Positions 8,605 to 17,483 are shown, numbered from the stretch's first letter. The stretch: 46,219 bases of DNA from a virus (IMGVR_UViG_2706794662_000004); one strand, 5' to 3'. Translations and numbers: made by a program. The notes: generated from the letters alone by a model not told the origin.

Positions 8605-9201
8605 TCATCTACCCTCAACCATGAATGATTTGATCGTTCCGACTATTTGGTGAACAAATTCAAGATCGCTTTTCCTGAAGATGGCGCGTTGTGAATTTGT
8701 TCCGTCCAGATAGTAATTTTCATCATCAAAACGGGCCAGGCGCTGGATGGTGATATTTCCTGCAGTATCACGAACCAGAACATCCTCGCCGGGGACCAGT
8801 TCCAGCGCAGAATCGACCAGGAGAAAATCGCCAGGCTGATAGTTTCCCTGCGCCAGATTGCTGATAGTTAACGCATAAACAGTATTGCGCTGGCTGATGA
8901 ATGGCAGGAATCGCTCAGTATTTGGAACCTGTCCTGGCTTCCACTCTTCATCAGGTCCACTTTCAGTTGTGCCAATAACAGGAATGCGATCAGGGTCATA
9001 TTCTGTCCCATACAGCACCCAATGCACTGGCTTGCGTAAGCATTTAGCCAGGGCAATACCTATCTCCAGTGACGGCATTACGTCGCCACGTTCTAAGTTT
9101 TGGACGCCTGCAATAGAGATATCGACAGCCTCAGCAACTTCTCGCAACGTCAGCTTCATCTCTAAACGGCGTGCTTTCAGTCGTTCGCCTCGTGTTTTCA
9201 T
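8605..9201 (-). CDS. cB: Prophage repressor CB (HTH plus S24 LexA/CI-like autopeptidase domain)
   Basis: 198-aa ORF with N-terminal HTH (LTLREVAEAVDISIAGVQNLERG) and a C-terminal CI/LexA-like domain; divergent from a cro-like gene across an operator region. Confidence 0.85.
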   Translation of the reverse strand: MKTRGERLKARRLEMKLTLREVAEAVDISIAGVQNLERGDVMPSLEIGIALAKCLRKPVHWVLYGTEYDPDRIPVIGTTESGPDEEWKPGQVPNTERFLPFISQRNTVYALTISNLAQGNYQPGDFLLVDSALELVPGEDVLVRDTAGNITIQRLARFDDENYYLDGTNSQRAIFRKSDLEFVHQIVGTIKSFMVEGR

Positions 9202-9223
9202 AGCTTAATCATAAATGATCTTC

Positions 9224-9264
9224 TTATAGCTGGCTATAAAATTTATTTATTATAGCTGGCTTTA
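9224..9264. promoter_or_regulatory. Operator/promoter region between cB and cro with repeated TTATAGCTGGCT sites
   Basis: ttatagctggctataa (9224-9239, near-palindrome) and ttatagctggcttta (9250-9264) in the divergent intergenic region. Confidence 0.5.
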
Positions 9265-9292
9265 ATTGTTGTTTATTGTTTATAATAACAAC

Positions 9293-9514
9293 ATGAAACC
9301 AGAAGAACTTATTCGCCACTTTGGCAGTGTAGAAAAAGCAGCGGCAGGGGTAGGTGTAACACCCGGAGCTGTTTACCAATGGTTAACCGCTGGAGAGATT
9401 CCTTCATTGCGGCAAAGCGATATTGAAGTTCGTACTGCTTATAAGCTGAAGAGTGACTTTACAACTCGGCGGGTAAAGCAGTCGATTAAGGAGAGTCGTA
9501 AGCGTGGAGCTTGA
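9293..9514 (+). CDS. cro: Cro-like HTH regulator
   Basis: Small ORF divergent from cB with HTH GVTPGAVYQWL; start taken at ATG 9293 (MKPEELIRHF), the track start at 9266 being a TTG. Confidence 0.6.
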   Translation: MKPEELIRHFGSVEKAAAGVGVTPGAVYQWLTAGEIPSLRQSDIEVRTAYKLKSDFTTRRVKQSIKESRKRGA

Positions 9515-10214
9515 GTATATACGCAGCTGCGTCTCTACGGCATTGGCTGATGTTCATTATCGCCAGCGTGGCATTCTGGAGGTCCAGCTTGAGCAGATGC
9601 GTCTCGGTAGATCAGGACGGTTTAACAATAAACCAGTCCGGTCAATCAGTGTGGGGGATGATAACTCATACGAAGTGTCCGTTCCTGCTGAGCCGGTTAG
9701 ATTCCACCAGGGGAAAACATTTAAACAATCATCAATGTTGCTCACTGATATTGATTTTCAGAGCGCCAGCTGGCGCAGGGCTATTGGTCAGTTGAATAAC
9801 GAGGAATCAGCCTGGCTTTATTATTGCTACGGATGCAAGCCTGATTACAACAATGATGTGATTGTTTGTCAGTGGTTATGGCTTGATTTTCTGGTTGCTC
9901 ATTCGGGGGGCGGCTTTAAAAAAATGAAGGCCTCCACGAAAAAAGCCATGCGGAAATTGATTTATTACGCGGCACAGCAGGTTAAATCAGAACTTACGTG
10001 TGCTGAGGCAGTTGATGAGAGAGAACAGGACAGGCATCTGAGTCTTCTACTGAATATATCTATTGATAGCTGGAGACAAGATTATAAAGAACGCTGGCTT
10101 TTAATTAAGTCGCGATGTCTGAGCTTAAATCGAACTGCATTATTAAATGCGGCGGAGAAGCGCAGTGAAATCATCAAACGCCATCGGGCAGGAAGTGCCA
10201 TTCTGCCTTTGTAA
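9504..10214 (+). CDS. Putative late-gene regulator (Q antiterminator position), 236 aa
   Basis: Positional inference only: third gene of the cB-cro-Q arrangement reported for N15 immB; no motif confirmed by eye. Confidence 0.3.
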   Translation: MELEYIRSCVSTALADVHYRQRGILEVQLEQMRLGRSGRFNNKPVRSISVGDDNSYEVSVPAEPVRFHQGKTFKQSSMLLTDIDFQSASWRRAIGQLNNEESAWLYYCYGCKPDYNNDVIVCQWLWLDFLVAHSGGGFKKMKASTKKAMRKLIYYAAQQVKSELTCAEAVDEREQDRHLSLLLNISIDSWRQDYKERWLLIKSRCLSLNRTALLNAAEKRSEIIKRHRAGSAILPL

Positions 10215-10221
10215 ACAAGTT

Positions 10222-10467
10222 ATGTTCAGGAAACCGTCGAAGCCAGAATTAAGGTATTCGGGGGTAAGAAATGAATATGTTATCTGGTGTCCAACTTGTG
10301 GTTACAGGACACGACCAGATAGTAATAAGCAGTCTGTAATTGCCGATTGGTATTTATCAAATCAGCCAGGTAATAAGCATATAGAAAATCTTTGGATTAA
10401 GCGTTACTTGGAAATCAGAGAGGGTGCGACCGTGGTCGCACAAGAAAATGAAAATAACGCCATTTAA
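10222..10467 (+). CDS. Small Cys-containing protein (CPTCGY), unknown function
   Basis: ORF starting at internal ATG 10222 immediately after the previous stop; contains palindrome copy 2 in its 3' end. Confidence 0.35.
   Translation: MFRKPSKPELRYSGVRNEYVIWCPTCGYRTRPDSNKQSVIADWYLSNQPGNKHIENLWIKRYLEIREGATVVAQENENNAI
10425..10440. promoter_or_regulatory. 16-bp palindrome TGCGACCGTGGTCGCA (copy 2)
   Basis: Exact palindrome, same family as 7982, 14806, 17816, 18036. Confidence 0.5.
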
Positions 10468-10477
10468 GCAGGGGCCG

Positions 10478-10651
10478 ATGACGCATGATGAAGCAGAGCG
10501 TCTTTCAGATAATTATCGGCGGCGTGGTAAGAAAGTTCTGGTTGTTCGTTCTGATTTTTTAGGTGATGGATATTGCGTTTATGTTCATTTACCTGAATCA
10601 GAAAGAACGCCAAAACCATCCAGAACATATCAACAGAAAATTTGGGTATAG
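10478..10651 (+). CDS. Hypothetical small protein (57 aa)
   Basis: ORF with ATG at 10478 after a G-rich stretch; upstream in-frame ATGs at 10424 and 10448 overlap the previous gene. Confidence 0.3.
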   Translation: MTHDEAERLSDNYRRRGKKVLVVRSDFLGDGYCVYVHLPESERTPKPSRTYQQKIWV

Positions 10652-10674
10652 ATAAACGTTGAGGAGAATTATTC

Positions 10675-11274
10675 GTGACTAATCAGATTATTTACGACAG
10701 GAAACGGTCTGATGTAATGATTGACCTTGAAACAATGGGTACTAACACATGTGCTCCAATTGTTTCTATCGGGGCAGTGTTTTTTTCTCCAGAAAATGAG
10801 GAATTAGGTCCTACTTTTTATGTGCCAGTGAATCTCAGAAGCTCGATGTTGAATGGTGGTGTCGCCGATGGTGATACCATTTTATGGTGGTTGAAACAGA
10901 GCAAGGAAGCCAGAGCCGCAATTTGTACTAATGATGCCCTTGATATTAAGGATGCACTTTTTGAATTATCACACTTTATTACTTGCCATGCATGTAATTT
11001 AAAAAAATTGAAAGTATGGGGAAATGGAGCAACGTTCGATAATGTAATTTTACGCGGTGCTTATGAGCGCGTTGGCTTAGCCTGTCCGTGGGAATATTTT
11101 AATGATCAGGATGTTCGAACAATCGTTAATCTTGGTCAGTTTATTGGTTTTAATCCTAAAAAAGATATGCCATTTGATGGCGAACGACACAATGCCCTAG
11201 CTGATGCTATTCATCAGGCTAAATATGTATCCGCAATTTTCTCCCGTCTTGTAAAAGGTCAAGGAGAATCGTAA
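10675..11274 (+). CDS. DEDDh-type 3'-5' exonuclease (DnaQ-like)
   Basis: GTG start after GAGGAG RBS; motifs MIDLETMG (Exo I) and HNALADA (Exo III). Confidence 0.7.
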   Translation: MTNQIIYDRKRSDVMIDLETMGTNTCAPIVSIGAVFFSPENEELGPTFYVPVNLRSSMLNGGVADGDTILWWLKQSKEARAAICTNDALDIKDALFELSHFITCHACNLKKLKVWGNGATFDNVILRGAYERVGLACPWEYFNDQDVRTIVNLGQFIGFNPKKDMPFDGERHNALADAIHQAKYVSAIFSRLVKGQGES

Positions 11275-11693
11275 TGGCAAAGGCTTTTACACCAGAACAG
11301 AGGGAAGAACTGAATAAACAAATTGTGGAACTCGTGCGCCTGAATGGACGAGGAACGGTTAGGCAACTTGCGGATGAAACTGGTATTAGCCGATGTGCTG
11401 TTAGTCGTTTATCAAGAGAGCTTGCTGCCAGTGGTGATTTGTATATCTCTGGCTCCGGGATATTTCTGTCTGCACAAGCACGCAAGGACTGGCAAAACGC
11501 CCGTAAAAAACTATCAAGAGTAAAGCCGAAGACATCGGTAGTGGTTGATCCAGACCTTATCTGGTCATTACCTGACGGAGAAATACGTCGTTACGACAGG
11601 CGCTTGAACATGATTTGTCACGATTGCCGGAAAAGTGAAGTTATGCAGCGTGTGCTGGCTTTTTATCAGGGAAATTTTCAGGAGGTGGCGTAG
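11274..11693 (+). CDS. HTH-containing protein, putative regulator
   Basis: 139-aa ORF with HTH-like TVRQLADETGISRCAVSRLSRELA; ATGA-coupled to the exonuclease gene. Confidence 0.5.
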   Translation: MAKAFTPEQREELNKQIVELVRLNGRGTVRQLADETGISRCAVSRLSRELAASGDLYISGSGIFLSAQARKDWQNARKKLSRVKPKTSVVVDPDLIWSLPDGEIRRYDRRLNMICHDCRKSEVMQRVLAFYQGNFQEVA

Positions 11694-11983
11694 TGAATAT
11701 CGACACCACGATAACGATCGATACGGCCCTAAATACCGGTCTGGCACTTCTCGGTTGGCTTTACATCATGTCCCGTGCATGGCGATGGCTTGGTTCCATT
11801 TTTCTAAAACAGTGGAAAAAACGGCGCAAACAGGAGAGACGCCAGAAAGCGTTAGAGGCGTTCTATGACGCATTTGAACTTAGCCGCATTGAGCCTGGAA
11901 CAACAGCCAGGATAGCGACAAAAGGTGACCTGATGATAGTGATGTTCCGACAGGAGAGAGCAGAGAAAGGAGAATCAGCATGA
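11693..11983 (+). CDS. Small membrane protein (96 aa)
   Basis: GTG start overlapping the previous stop; hydrophobic segment LNTGLALLGWLYIM followed by a basic stretch. Confidence 0.45.
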   Translation: MNIDTTITIDTALNTGLALLGWLYIMSRAWRWLGSIFLKQWKKRRKQERRQKALEAFYDAFELSRIEPGTTARIATKGDLMIVMFRQERAEKGESA

Positions 11984-12639
11984 AATTTTCCAAATTTTCT
12001 GAGTTGGTGAATCGCATTTTGTCCAACAACCATAGCCATCATCGCGATATGGATGTAACGATCGTTGTTCATTCGCCTGGTCGCATCGGTTCAACACCAT
12101 CAGTTGAGGTTCAGTCAATTCAGGCGGGTTTTGATTGGGATTCCGGGAAAGTGCTTATTTTCCCAGCACAGCCACTGACCACGCTAACACCAGAACAGAT
12201 TACTGATATTACTGATAGTGTGCGCAAAGGTCAGTCTTGGCACGCATATCAGGAATATAAAAAGCATAAAGAGCAGTTGGAAAAATTGTCGATTGAACTG
12301 GATGCTGCAAAACAGCGCGTAGCAGAACTGGAAGCCAAACCTGTAAGCCAAACTTACAAGTTAACTTTTGAGCAATGGCTGGAACAGCAGCATGACAAAA
12401 TTGATGTTGATTGTGGATGTGTAAGTACTGAAATGTTTATGCACTGGATAAGGGTCGCGTATGAGGCTGGCAACTCTCCGGTAACTCCGGATGGTCATGT
12501 TCAGTTTTCTGTTTCACTTCCTGCAGCGTTTGGTGGAGATAAATATTTTATTGATGGTGTATTTCAACCTTTGAGATATGAGCGTGACTGTGAAAAAGCG
12601 GTTGTGGCCGCTGGCGGTGTAGTTAATTGGGTTAAGTAA
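11980..12639 (+). CDS. Hypothetical protein (219 aa)
   Basis: ORF coupled to the upstream gene; no recognisable motif. Confidence 0.55.
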   Translation: MKFSKFSELVNRILSNNHSHHRDMDVTIVVHSPGRIGSTPSVEVQSIQAGFDWDSGKVLIFPAQPLTTLTPEQITDITDSVRKGQSWHAYQEYKKHKEQLEKLSIELDAAKQRVAELEAKPVSQTYKLTFEQWLEQQHDKIDVDCGCVSTEMFMHWIRVAYEAGNSPVTPDGHVQFSVSLPAAFGGDKYFIDGVFQPLRYERDCEKAVVAAGGVVNWVK

Positions 12640-12654
12640 TTTTCAGGAGGATTT

Positions 12655-12981
12655 ATGGCGCTGACACCGGCAGAACGGCAAAGGAGACGCAGGGAACGGT
12701 TGAAGAAGGAAGGCACATCAAGACGGGACTGGATTTTGGAGCCTGACGAGTTACGTATGTTGGGGGAAATTTGTGTATTGCGTAGACCAGGGCGAGTTCC
12801 ATATTCGGAGAACGAAGTCATTGGTTTGCTGATCAGGAAAAACTATAAGGAGCTGCAGAAGCAGCTATCTACTACTTGCCCGCGATGTGGTCAAAAAATG
12901 CCTGTTTCAGAATGCATTTTTGATGGCGAAGGGTCATGCCACCTTACAACCACGAGGCTGAAACTTGCGCTCAAAGCGTGA
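12655..12981 (+). CDS. Hypothetical protein with basic N-terminus and CxxC ... C ... C motif (108 aa)
   Basis: ORF with AGGAGG RBS; Arg-rich N-terminus; CPRCGQ ... SECIFDGEGSCH. Confidence 0.5.
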   Translation: MALTPAERQRRRRERLKKEGTSRRDWILEPDELRMLGEICVLRRPGRVPYSENEVIGLLIRKNYKELQKQLSTTCPRCGQKMPVSECIFDGEGSCHLTTTRLKLALKA

Positions 12982-12999
12982 CTGGTCACGGAGGGATAA

Positions 13000-13242
13000 A
13001 TGGATAAAAAGGCATTGCTTTTTGAAATGATACGAAAACGGAGCGAAAAGAGCTTTTCTGATGGTGGTGATGGGTTTGTTTTCGCTTCTATGCTTGCTTT
13101 TGATGTTGGGTTAAATAGCAGAATTGTTAAAAGGATGCTTGATTCTGCTGTCCGTGATGGGCTTTTGGAAGTGGTTGGGCGAGGAGTAGGAAGGGAACAT
13201 AAGTATCGGACTACAAAGATATTTAACCAGTTAATCTATTGA
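13000..13242 (+). CDS. Hypothetical protein (80 aa)
   Basis: ORF with GGAGGG RBS. Confidence 0.5.
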   Translation: MDKKALLFEMIRKRSEKSFSDGGDGFVFASMLAFDVGLNSRIVKRMLDSAVRDGLLEVVGRGVGREHKYRTTKIFNQLIY

Positions 13243-13243
13243 A

Positions 13244-13286
13244 AGTTGGCTATAAAATTTGAGTTTTACCCTGTAATTTTATACAG
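13244..13286. promoter_or_regulatory. CB-operator-like site (gttggctataaaattt) plus LexA box CTGT-N8-ACAG (13271-13286) upstream of a small gene
   Basis: tggctataaaattt matches the cB/cro operator repeat at 9231-9244; ccCTGTaattttatACAGta matches the LexA consensus TACTGT-N8-ACAGTA at 17/20. Confidence 0.55.
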
Positions 13287-13310
13287 TATCAAATAACCTT
13301 TTTTAATTAA

Positions 13311-13529
13311 ATGGTATTAGATTCAATGACTGAAGCACCTGTATCAACTCTTGAAGAACTCGGATCAAACCTAAAAGACATCGACGCCGTTTTGGATCTG
13401 GTTAGCGTTGCTCTGGCTTCTCCAGAAGCCAGCTTGCATCTTGGCGAGATTTCACGACTTGTTAGTATGTCGCGGGAGATTGCTCAGAATTGCCAACAAG
13501 TTATTGCTGTTGAGTGTTTACATCATTGA
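13311..13529 (+). CDS. Small acidic protein (72 aa), candidate SOS-inducible antirepressor (AntC-like by position)
   Basis: First ORF downstream of the LexA box and operator-like site; no recognisable domain; start uncertain (ATG 13311 or 13326). Confidence 0.35.
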   Translation: MVLDSMTEAPVSTLEELGSNLKDIDAVLDLVSVALASPEASLHLGEISRLVSMSREIAQNCQQVIAVECLHH

Positions 13530-13572
13530 TATACACCCCGCCCTTCTGGACGGGGTAGCGAAAAGGGTCTAA

Positions 13573-13860
13573 TCAATAGACGGCATTAATATTAATCGTT
13601 GCACCGCATGCTTGGGCATATTTTGATAAAGTTTTCATGCTTGCCCCTAAAGGATTGCTTTCCAGGCGGCTGATAGCTGACGGGCGCAATCCCATTCGTT
13701 CAGCCAGAGCTGACTTCGTTAAACCTGCTCTTTCCCTCATTTCGTATAACATTTCGACCATCTCCAGCTCTTTATCGGCCTCTTCATATCCTTTGATGGC
13801 TTCTGGAGTGTTGAGAAGTTTTTCTTTTACTTCGTTAAACGGGATGCCTTTCGCTTTCAT
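13573..13860 (-). CDS. HTH (XRE-family) antitoxin, HigA-like
   Basis: 95-aa ORF with HTH (LTKSALAERMGLRPSAISRLE) directly downstream of and overlapping a RelE/HigB-like toxin ORF. Confidence 0.65.
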   Translation of the reverse strand: MKAKGIPFNEVKEKLLNTPEAIKGYEEADKELEMVEMLYEMRERAGLTKSALAERMGLRPSAISRLESNPLGASMKTLSKYAQACGATININAVY

Positions 13861-14171
13861 CAGTTCATCTCCTTCAGGCGAGTTCTGGCGATTTCGATAG
13901 CCTTCACCGGTGTTTTCTGTGTCTTTTTTACAAATGCATGCAATAGATAAATTTCGTTACCAGTCGCGTAGGCGTACAGCGTTCTTGCGATGTTTTTATC
14001 CCCTACTCGTAGTTCAAAAAGCCCTCCACCTATTACACGGCTATGGGGCATCTTCAGTTTGTTGCCTTCTTTCTCCAGTCGCTCAATTAATCTGGTCATG
14101 CGACCTCGCAAATCATCTGGTAGTTCAAGCAGTTCATCCAGTGCTGCAGGGTGGGTTATCACGTTAAACAT
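13860..14171 (-). CDS. RelE/ParE-superfamily toxin (HigB/Gp49-like)
   Basis: 103-aa ORF; toxin-first gene order with overlapping start/stop to the HTH antitoxin; sequence resembles the phage Gp49/HigB-like family as I recall it. Confidence 0.6.
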   Translation of the reverse strand: MFNVITHPAALDELLELPDDLRGRMTRLIERLEKEGNKLKMPHSRVIGGGLFELRVGDKNIARTLYAYATGNEIYLLHAFVKKTQKTPVKAIEIARTRLKEMN

Positions 14172-14229
14172 ATTATAGCCTCCATATCCATAAAATACAC
14201 CAAAACAAGAAAACAGCGCAAATTAAAAA

Positions 14230-14247
14230 TTTCACTAAAAAGTGAAA
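14230..14247. promoter_or_regulatory. Perfect inverted repeat tttcactaaaaagtgaaa in the toxin-antitoxin promoter region (candidate autoregulatory operator)
   Basis: 7-bp arms with 4-bp spacer about 60 bp upstream of the toxin start. Confidence 0.4.
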
Positions 14248-14336
14248 AATAACACTGGATGTGTTCGTTTGGCAGAGTTACAGTTCGTGTCATTGAGGGG
14301 CAATAACCAACTAACTATATGAATTTGGAGGATATT

Positions 14337-14558
14337 ATGAATTATCAAGGTAACGAAAAAATGCGCGACGACGTTGCGGAGATAGCTAACGAACTGTATG
14401 AGTTGTGGAAGAAGGTTGAACGTTTCGAAAAGGAATATGGTTTCAACAGTACCAACCTAGCAGACCGACTGGCTGGTCGCTTAGTTGGGACTATGGGGCC
14501 AAAACTGGCTGAGTTGAACCGCTTTATGGCTGATGTTGATTTCCAGTTTCAAGATTGA
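14337..14558 (+). CDS. Hypothetical protein (73 aa)
   Basis: ORF with GGAGG RBS before ATG 14337 (track start 14319 is upstream of the RBS). Confidence 0.45.
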   Translation: MNYQGNEKMRDDVAEIANELYELWKKVERFEKEYGFNSTNLADRLAGRLVGTMGPKLAELNRFMADVDFQFQD

Positions 14559-14571
14559 TTAGAGAGGCGTT

Positions 14572-14799
14572 ATGAATATTAATGAAATTCGTGGAAATAT
14601 GACTGAAGCGGCCCTGAGTGTGGAATGTGTTATGCGTGGATACCCACGCATTTCCCTGAAAGAGTTAAGCGAAGCCTGTTTTTTGAGTCAAGCTGCCGTT
14701 GAATTTATCATCGAACAGATGATCTGTTTTGGGGTTGCAAAGCGTAGCGGGTCTGGTCGATATTCTTTGACCGATGAATATAAGCAGGCAACTTTCTAA
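14572..14799 (+). CDS. Hypothetical protein (75 aa)
   Basis: ORF with AGAGAGG RBS. Confidence 0.45.
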   Translation: MNINEIRGNMTEAALSVECVMRGYPRISLKELSEACFLSQAAVEFIIEQMICFGVAKRSGSGRYSLTDEYKQATF

Positions 14800-14805
14800 A
14801 AACTG

Positions 14806-14821
14806 TGCGACCACGGTCGCA
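14806..14821. promoter_or_regulatory. 16-bp palindrome TGCGACCACGGTCGCA (copy 3)
   Basis: Exact palindrome in the intergenic region upstream of the methyltransferase gene. Confidence 0.5.
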
Positions 14822-14907
14822 CAGCACAAAAACGAAAAAGCTTGGCAAAATGACGGTTTTTAGTTATTGTTTTGTTAAGTTGGGTTTTTTGTACCCAACA
14901 GCCAACA

Positions 14908-14931
14908 AGCCGCCTTTATGGCGGTTTTTTT
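14908..14931 (+). terminator. Intrinsic terminator (preceded by a second hairpin at about 14879-14899)
   Basis: ccgcc-tttat-ggcgg hairpin followed by seven T. Confidence 0.5.
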
Positions 14932-15066
14932 GTGCCTGAAAAGTGGGCGCAGGACAAGTTGCAGCTTGTCCTGCGGTCAACCCATGCCAGAGCTATAGGC
15001 TGAACCTAAAGCCCACCCGCGATGCGCATCGCCGGGTTAGCTTACCCAGGCAAAAAAATAATAGCT

Positions 15067-16143
15067 ATGTTCAAAACCACTAATATTCATGGCGCACAAC
15101 TCGTTTGCGCAGATTCTCTGCAATTTATCAAAACCATCCCTGATAACTCGGTCAATTTGATTGCAACAGACCCACCATACTTCGGCGTAAAGGCTAACGC
15201 ATGGGATAACCAGTGGGATAGCGATGCTGACTTTTTGGGGTGGATTGACGAATTTTTGGCAGAATTTTGGCGGATATTGGCCCCTAATGGCAGCCTGTAT
15301 ATGTTTACCGGCTCTCGCCTTGCGTCAAAAATTGAATTATTAACTCGCGACCGTTTCAATGTTCTGAACCATATTATTTGGGCTAAACCCAGTGGTATGT
15401 GGCGCGGTTGTCATAAAGAAAGTTTAAGGGCTTATTTTCCTGCTACTGAAAGAATATTATTTGCAGAGCATTACGGCGCGTCAGGTTATGCTAAAGGTCA
15501 GTCAGGTTATGCTTCAAAATGTGCAGATTTAAGAAAAAATATTTTTTCTCCACTAATTGATGCTTTTTCGCTGGCTCGCCGTCAGTTAGATATATCAGCC
15601 GCAGACATTAATTCAGCGACAGGAAAGCAGATGTGTTCACACTGGTTTTCTTATTCGCAGTGGCGGCTTCCATCATTAATTGATTTTAATAAACTATGCG
15701 AATTATTTCGCAGGAAGGCAGATTCACTCGGTGTCCCGTGTCCATATCCTTTTAATGTTGATTATTCAGAACATGAAAAGCGTTATAGCGATCTGAAATT
15801 GCATTATGAGGAAGTAAAGAAGCAGTATGATGATTTGAAGGCTCAGTATGAAAATTTACGCCGTCCATTTCATGTTACTGCTGATGTACCTTATACCGAT
15901 GTATGGGAGTTTCCTCCTGTGCAATATTATCCTGGCAAGCACCCATGTGAAAAACCTGCAGCGATGATGGAACATATTATAAAGAGTAGTTCACGCCCCG
16001 GAGATATCGTTGCCGATTTCTTTATGGGATCAGGCTCAACTATTAAAGCTGCGCTGAAGTTAGGACGTCAGGCAATAGGTATTGAGATTGAGGGCGAACG
16101 TTATCTTCAGACAGTTGATGAAGTGAAAAAGTTATTTGAGTAA
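15067..16143 (+). CDS. DNA N6-adenine/N4-cytosine methyltransferase (DPPY family)
   Basis: Motif IV IATDPPYF near the N-terminus and motif I FFMGSGST near the C-terminus (beta-class order); start taken at ATG 15067 (MFKTTN...). Confidence 0.75.
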   Translation: MFKTTNIHGAQLVCADSLQFIKTIPDNSVNLIATDPPYFGVKANAWDNQWDSDADFLGWIDEFLAEFWRILAPNGSLYMFTGSRLASKIELLTRDRFNVLNHIIWAKPSGMWRGCHKESLRAYFPATERILFAEHYGASGYAKGQSGYASKCADLRKNIFSPLIDAFSLARRQLDISAADINSATGKQMCSHWFSYSQWRLPSLIDFNKLCELFRRKADSLGVPCPYPFNVDYSEHEKRYSDLKLHYEEVKKQYDDLKAQYENLRRPFHVTADVPYTDVWEFPPVQYYPGKHPCEKPAAMMEHIIKSSSRPGDIVADFFMGSGSTIKAALKLGRQAIGIEIEGERYLQTVDEVKKLFE

Positions 16144-16238
16144 CTGGAGAATATATTCCCCTGCCGTTTTTGGTAGGGGTTATTTTCGCCATATAGTTTC
16201 CAAGCCGAAACCTCAGCAACTATTGCGAGGTAAGAGAT

Positions 16239-16511
16239 ATGAAGATGGATGAACGATACAGCAGTGCATCTTATGGTAGCGCTGGTCTTGCTGCGTTCTT
16301 TGCCAGCCTGTCATTGCAGGATTGGGGCTTCATTATCGGTGTCGCGTTCAGCATTATCCTCGGTGTGCTTACATACCGGCTCAATAAACGCGAGCAGATG
16401 AAGCGCACGAAGATATTGCAGGACATATTGGATAAAACTAATACCAATAATCTTTCTGCTACAGCGATGGTTATTGGAGAGCTGGGGAAGAGAGCACCGA
16501 AGGAAATATGA
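16239..16511 (+). CDS. Holin (two predicted TM helices)
   Basis: 90-aa ORF with hydrophobic segments [12 protein letters not shown] and [15 protein letters not shown]; its stop overlaps the endolysin start. Confidence 0.5.
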   Translation: MKMDERYSSASYGSAGLAAFFASLSLQDWGFIIGVAFSIILGVLTYRLNKREQMKRTKILQDILDKTNTNNLSATAMVIGELGKRAPKEI

Positions 16512-17008
16512 TGCAGTCATCATTACGCAAAGCTGTCACAGCTGCTATTGGTGGCGGGGCTATTGCCATAGCGTCTATGCTCATCACTGGCCCAAGTGGT
16601 AACGATGGTCTGGAAGGTGTCAGTTACATACCATACAAAGATATTGTTGGCGTATGGACTGTATGTTACGGACACACTGGAAAAGACATCATGCTAGGTA
16701 AAACGTATACCGAAGCAGAATGCAAAGCTCTCCTGAATAAAGACCTTGCCACTGTCGCCAGACAAATTAACCCGTACATCAAAGTCGATATACCGGAAAC
16801 AACGCGCGGCGCTCTTTACTCGTTCGTTTACAACGTGGGCGCTGGTAATTTCAGAACATCGACGCTTCTTCGCAAAATAAACCAGGGCGATATCAAAGGC
16901 GCATGTGATCAGCTACGTCGCTGGATATCTGCTGGCGGTAAGCAATGGAAAGGCCTGATGACTCGTCGTGAGATTGAGCGTGAAGTCTGTTTGTGGGGTC
17001 AACAATGA
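16508..17008 (+). CDS. SAR endolysin (T4-type lysozyme with N-terminal signal-anchor-release domain)
   Basis: Gly/Ala-rich N-terminal TM ([20 protein letters not shown]) followed by lysozyme catalytic region EG...D...[10 protein letters not shown]. Confidence 0.8.
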   Translation: MMQSSLRKAVTAAIGGGAIAIASMLITGPSGNDGLEGVSYIPYKDIVGVWTVCYGHTGKDIMLGKTYTEAECKALLNKDLATVARQINPYIKVDIPETTRGALYSFVYNVGAGNFRTSTLLRKINQGDIKGACDQLRRWISAGGKQWKGLMTRREIEREVCLWGQQ

Positions 17009-17442
17009 GCAGGGTAACCGCGATTATCTCCGCTCTGGTTATTTGCATCATCGTCTGCCTGTCGTGGGCTGTTAATCATTACCGTGATAACGCCATCGCC
17101 TACAAAGAGCAGCGCGATAAAGCCACATCCACAATCGCTGATATGCAGAAGCGTCAACGTGACGTAGCAGAACTCGATGCCAGATATACAAAGGAGCTTG
17201 CTGATGCTAACGCGACTATCGAAAGCCTCCGTGCTGATGTTTCTGCTGGGCGTAAGCGCCTGCAAGTCGCCGCCACCTGTGCAAAGTCAACGACCGGAGC
17301 CAGCGGCATGGGCAATGGAGAAAGCCCAAGACTTACAGCAGATGCTGAACTCAATTATTACCGTCTCCGAAGTGGGATCGACAGGATAACTGCGCAGGTT
17401 AACTACTTGCAGGAATACATCAAGACGCAATGCCTGAATTAA
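17005..17442 (+). CDS. Rz: i-spanin Rz
   Basis: N-terminal TM then coiled-coil; sequence very close to lambda Rz as I recall it; start overlaps the endolysin stop (ATGA). Confidence 0.75.
   Translation: MSRVTAIISALVICIIVCLSWAVNHYRDNAIAYKEQRDKATSTIADMQKRQRDVAELDARYTKELADANATIESLRADVSAGRKRLQVAATCAKSTTGASGMGNGESPRLTADAELNYYRLRSGIDRITAQVNYLQEYIKTQCLN
17204..17389 (+). CDS. Rz1: o-spanin Rz1 (lipoprotein) embedded in the +1 frame of Rz
   Basis: Signal peptide with lipobox (FLLGVSAC) followed by a Pro-rich mature region, entirely inside Rz. Confidence 0.6.
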   Translation: MLTRLSKASVLMFLLGVSACKSPPPVQSQRPEPAAWAMEKAQDLQQMLNSIITVSEVGSTG

Positions 17443-17483
17443 TCCCTCTGTATCAAAAACGAGCTCAATTTGTTGGATAGTGA

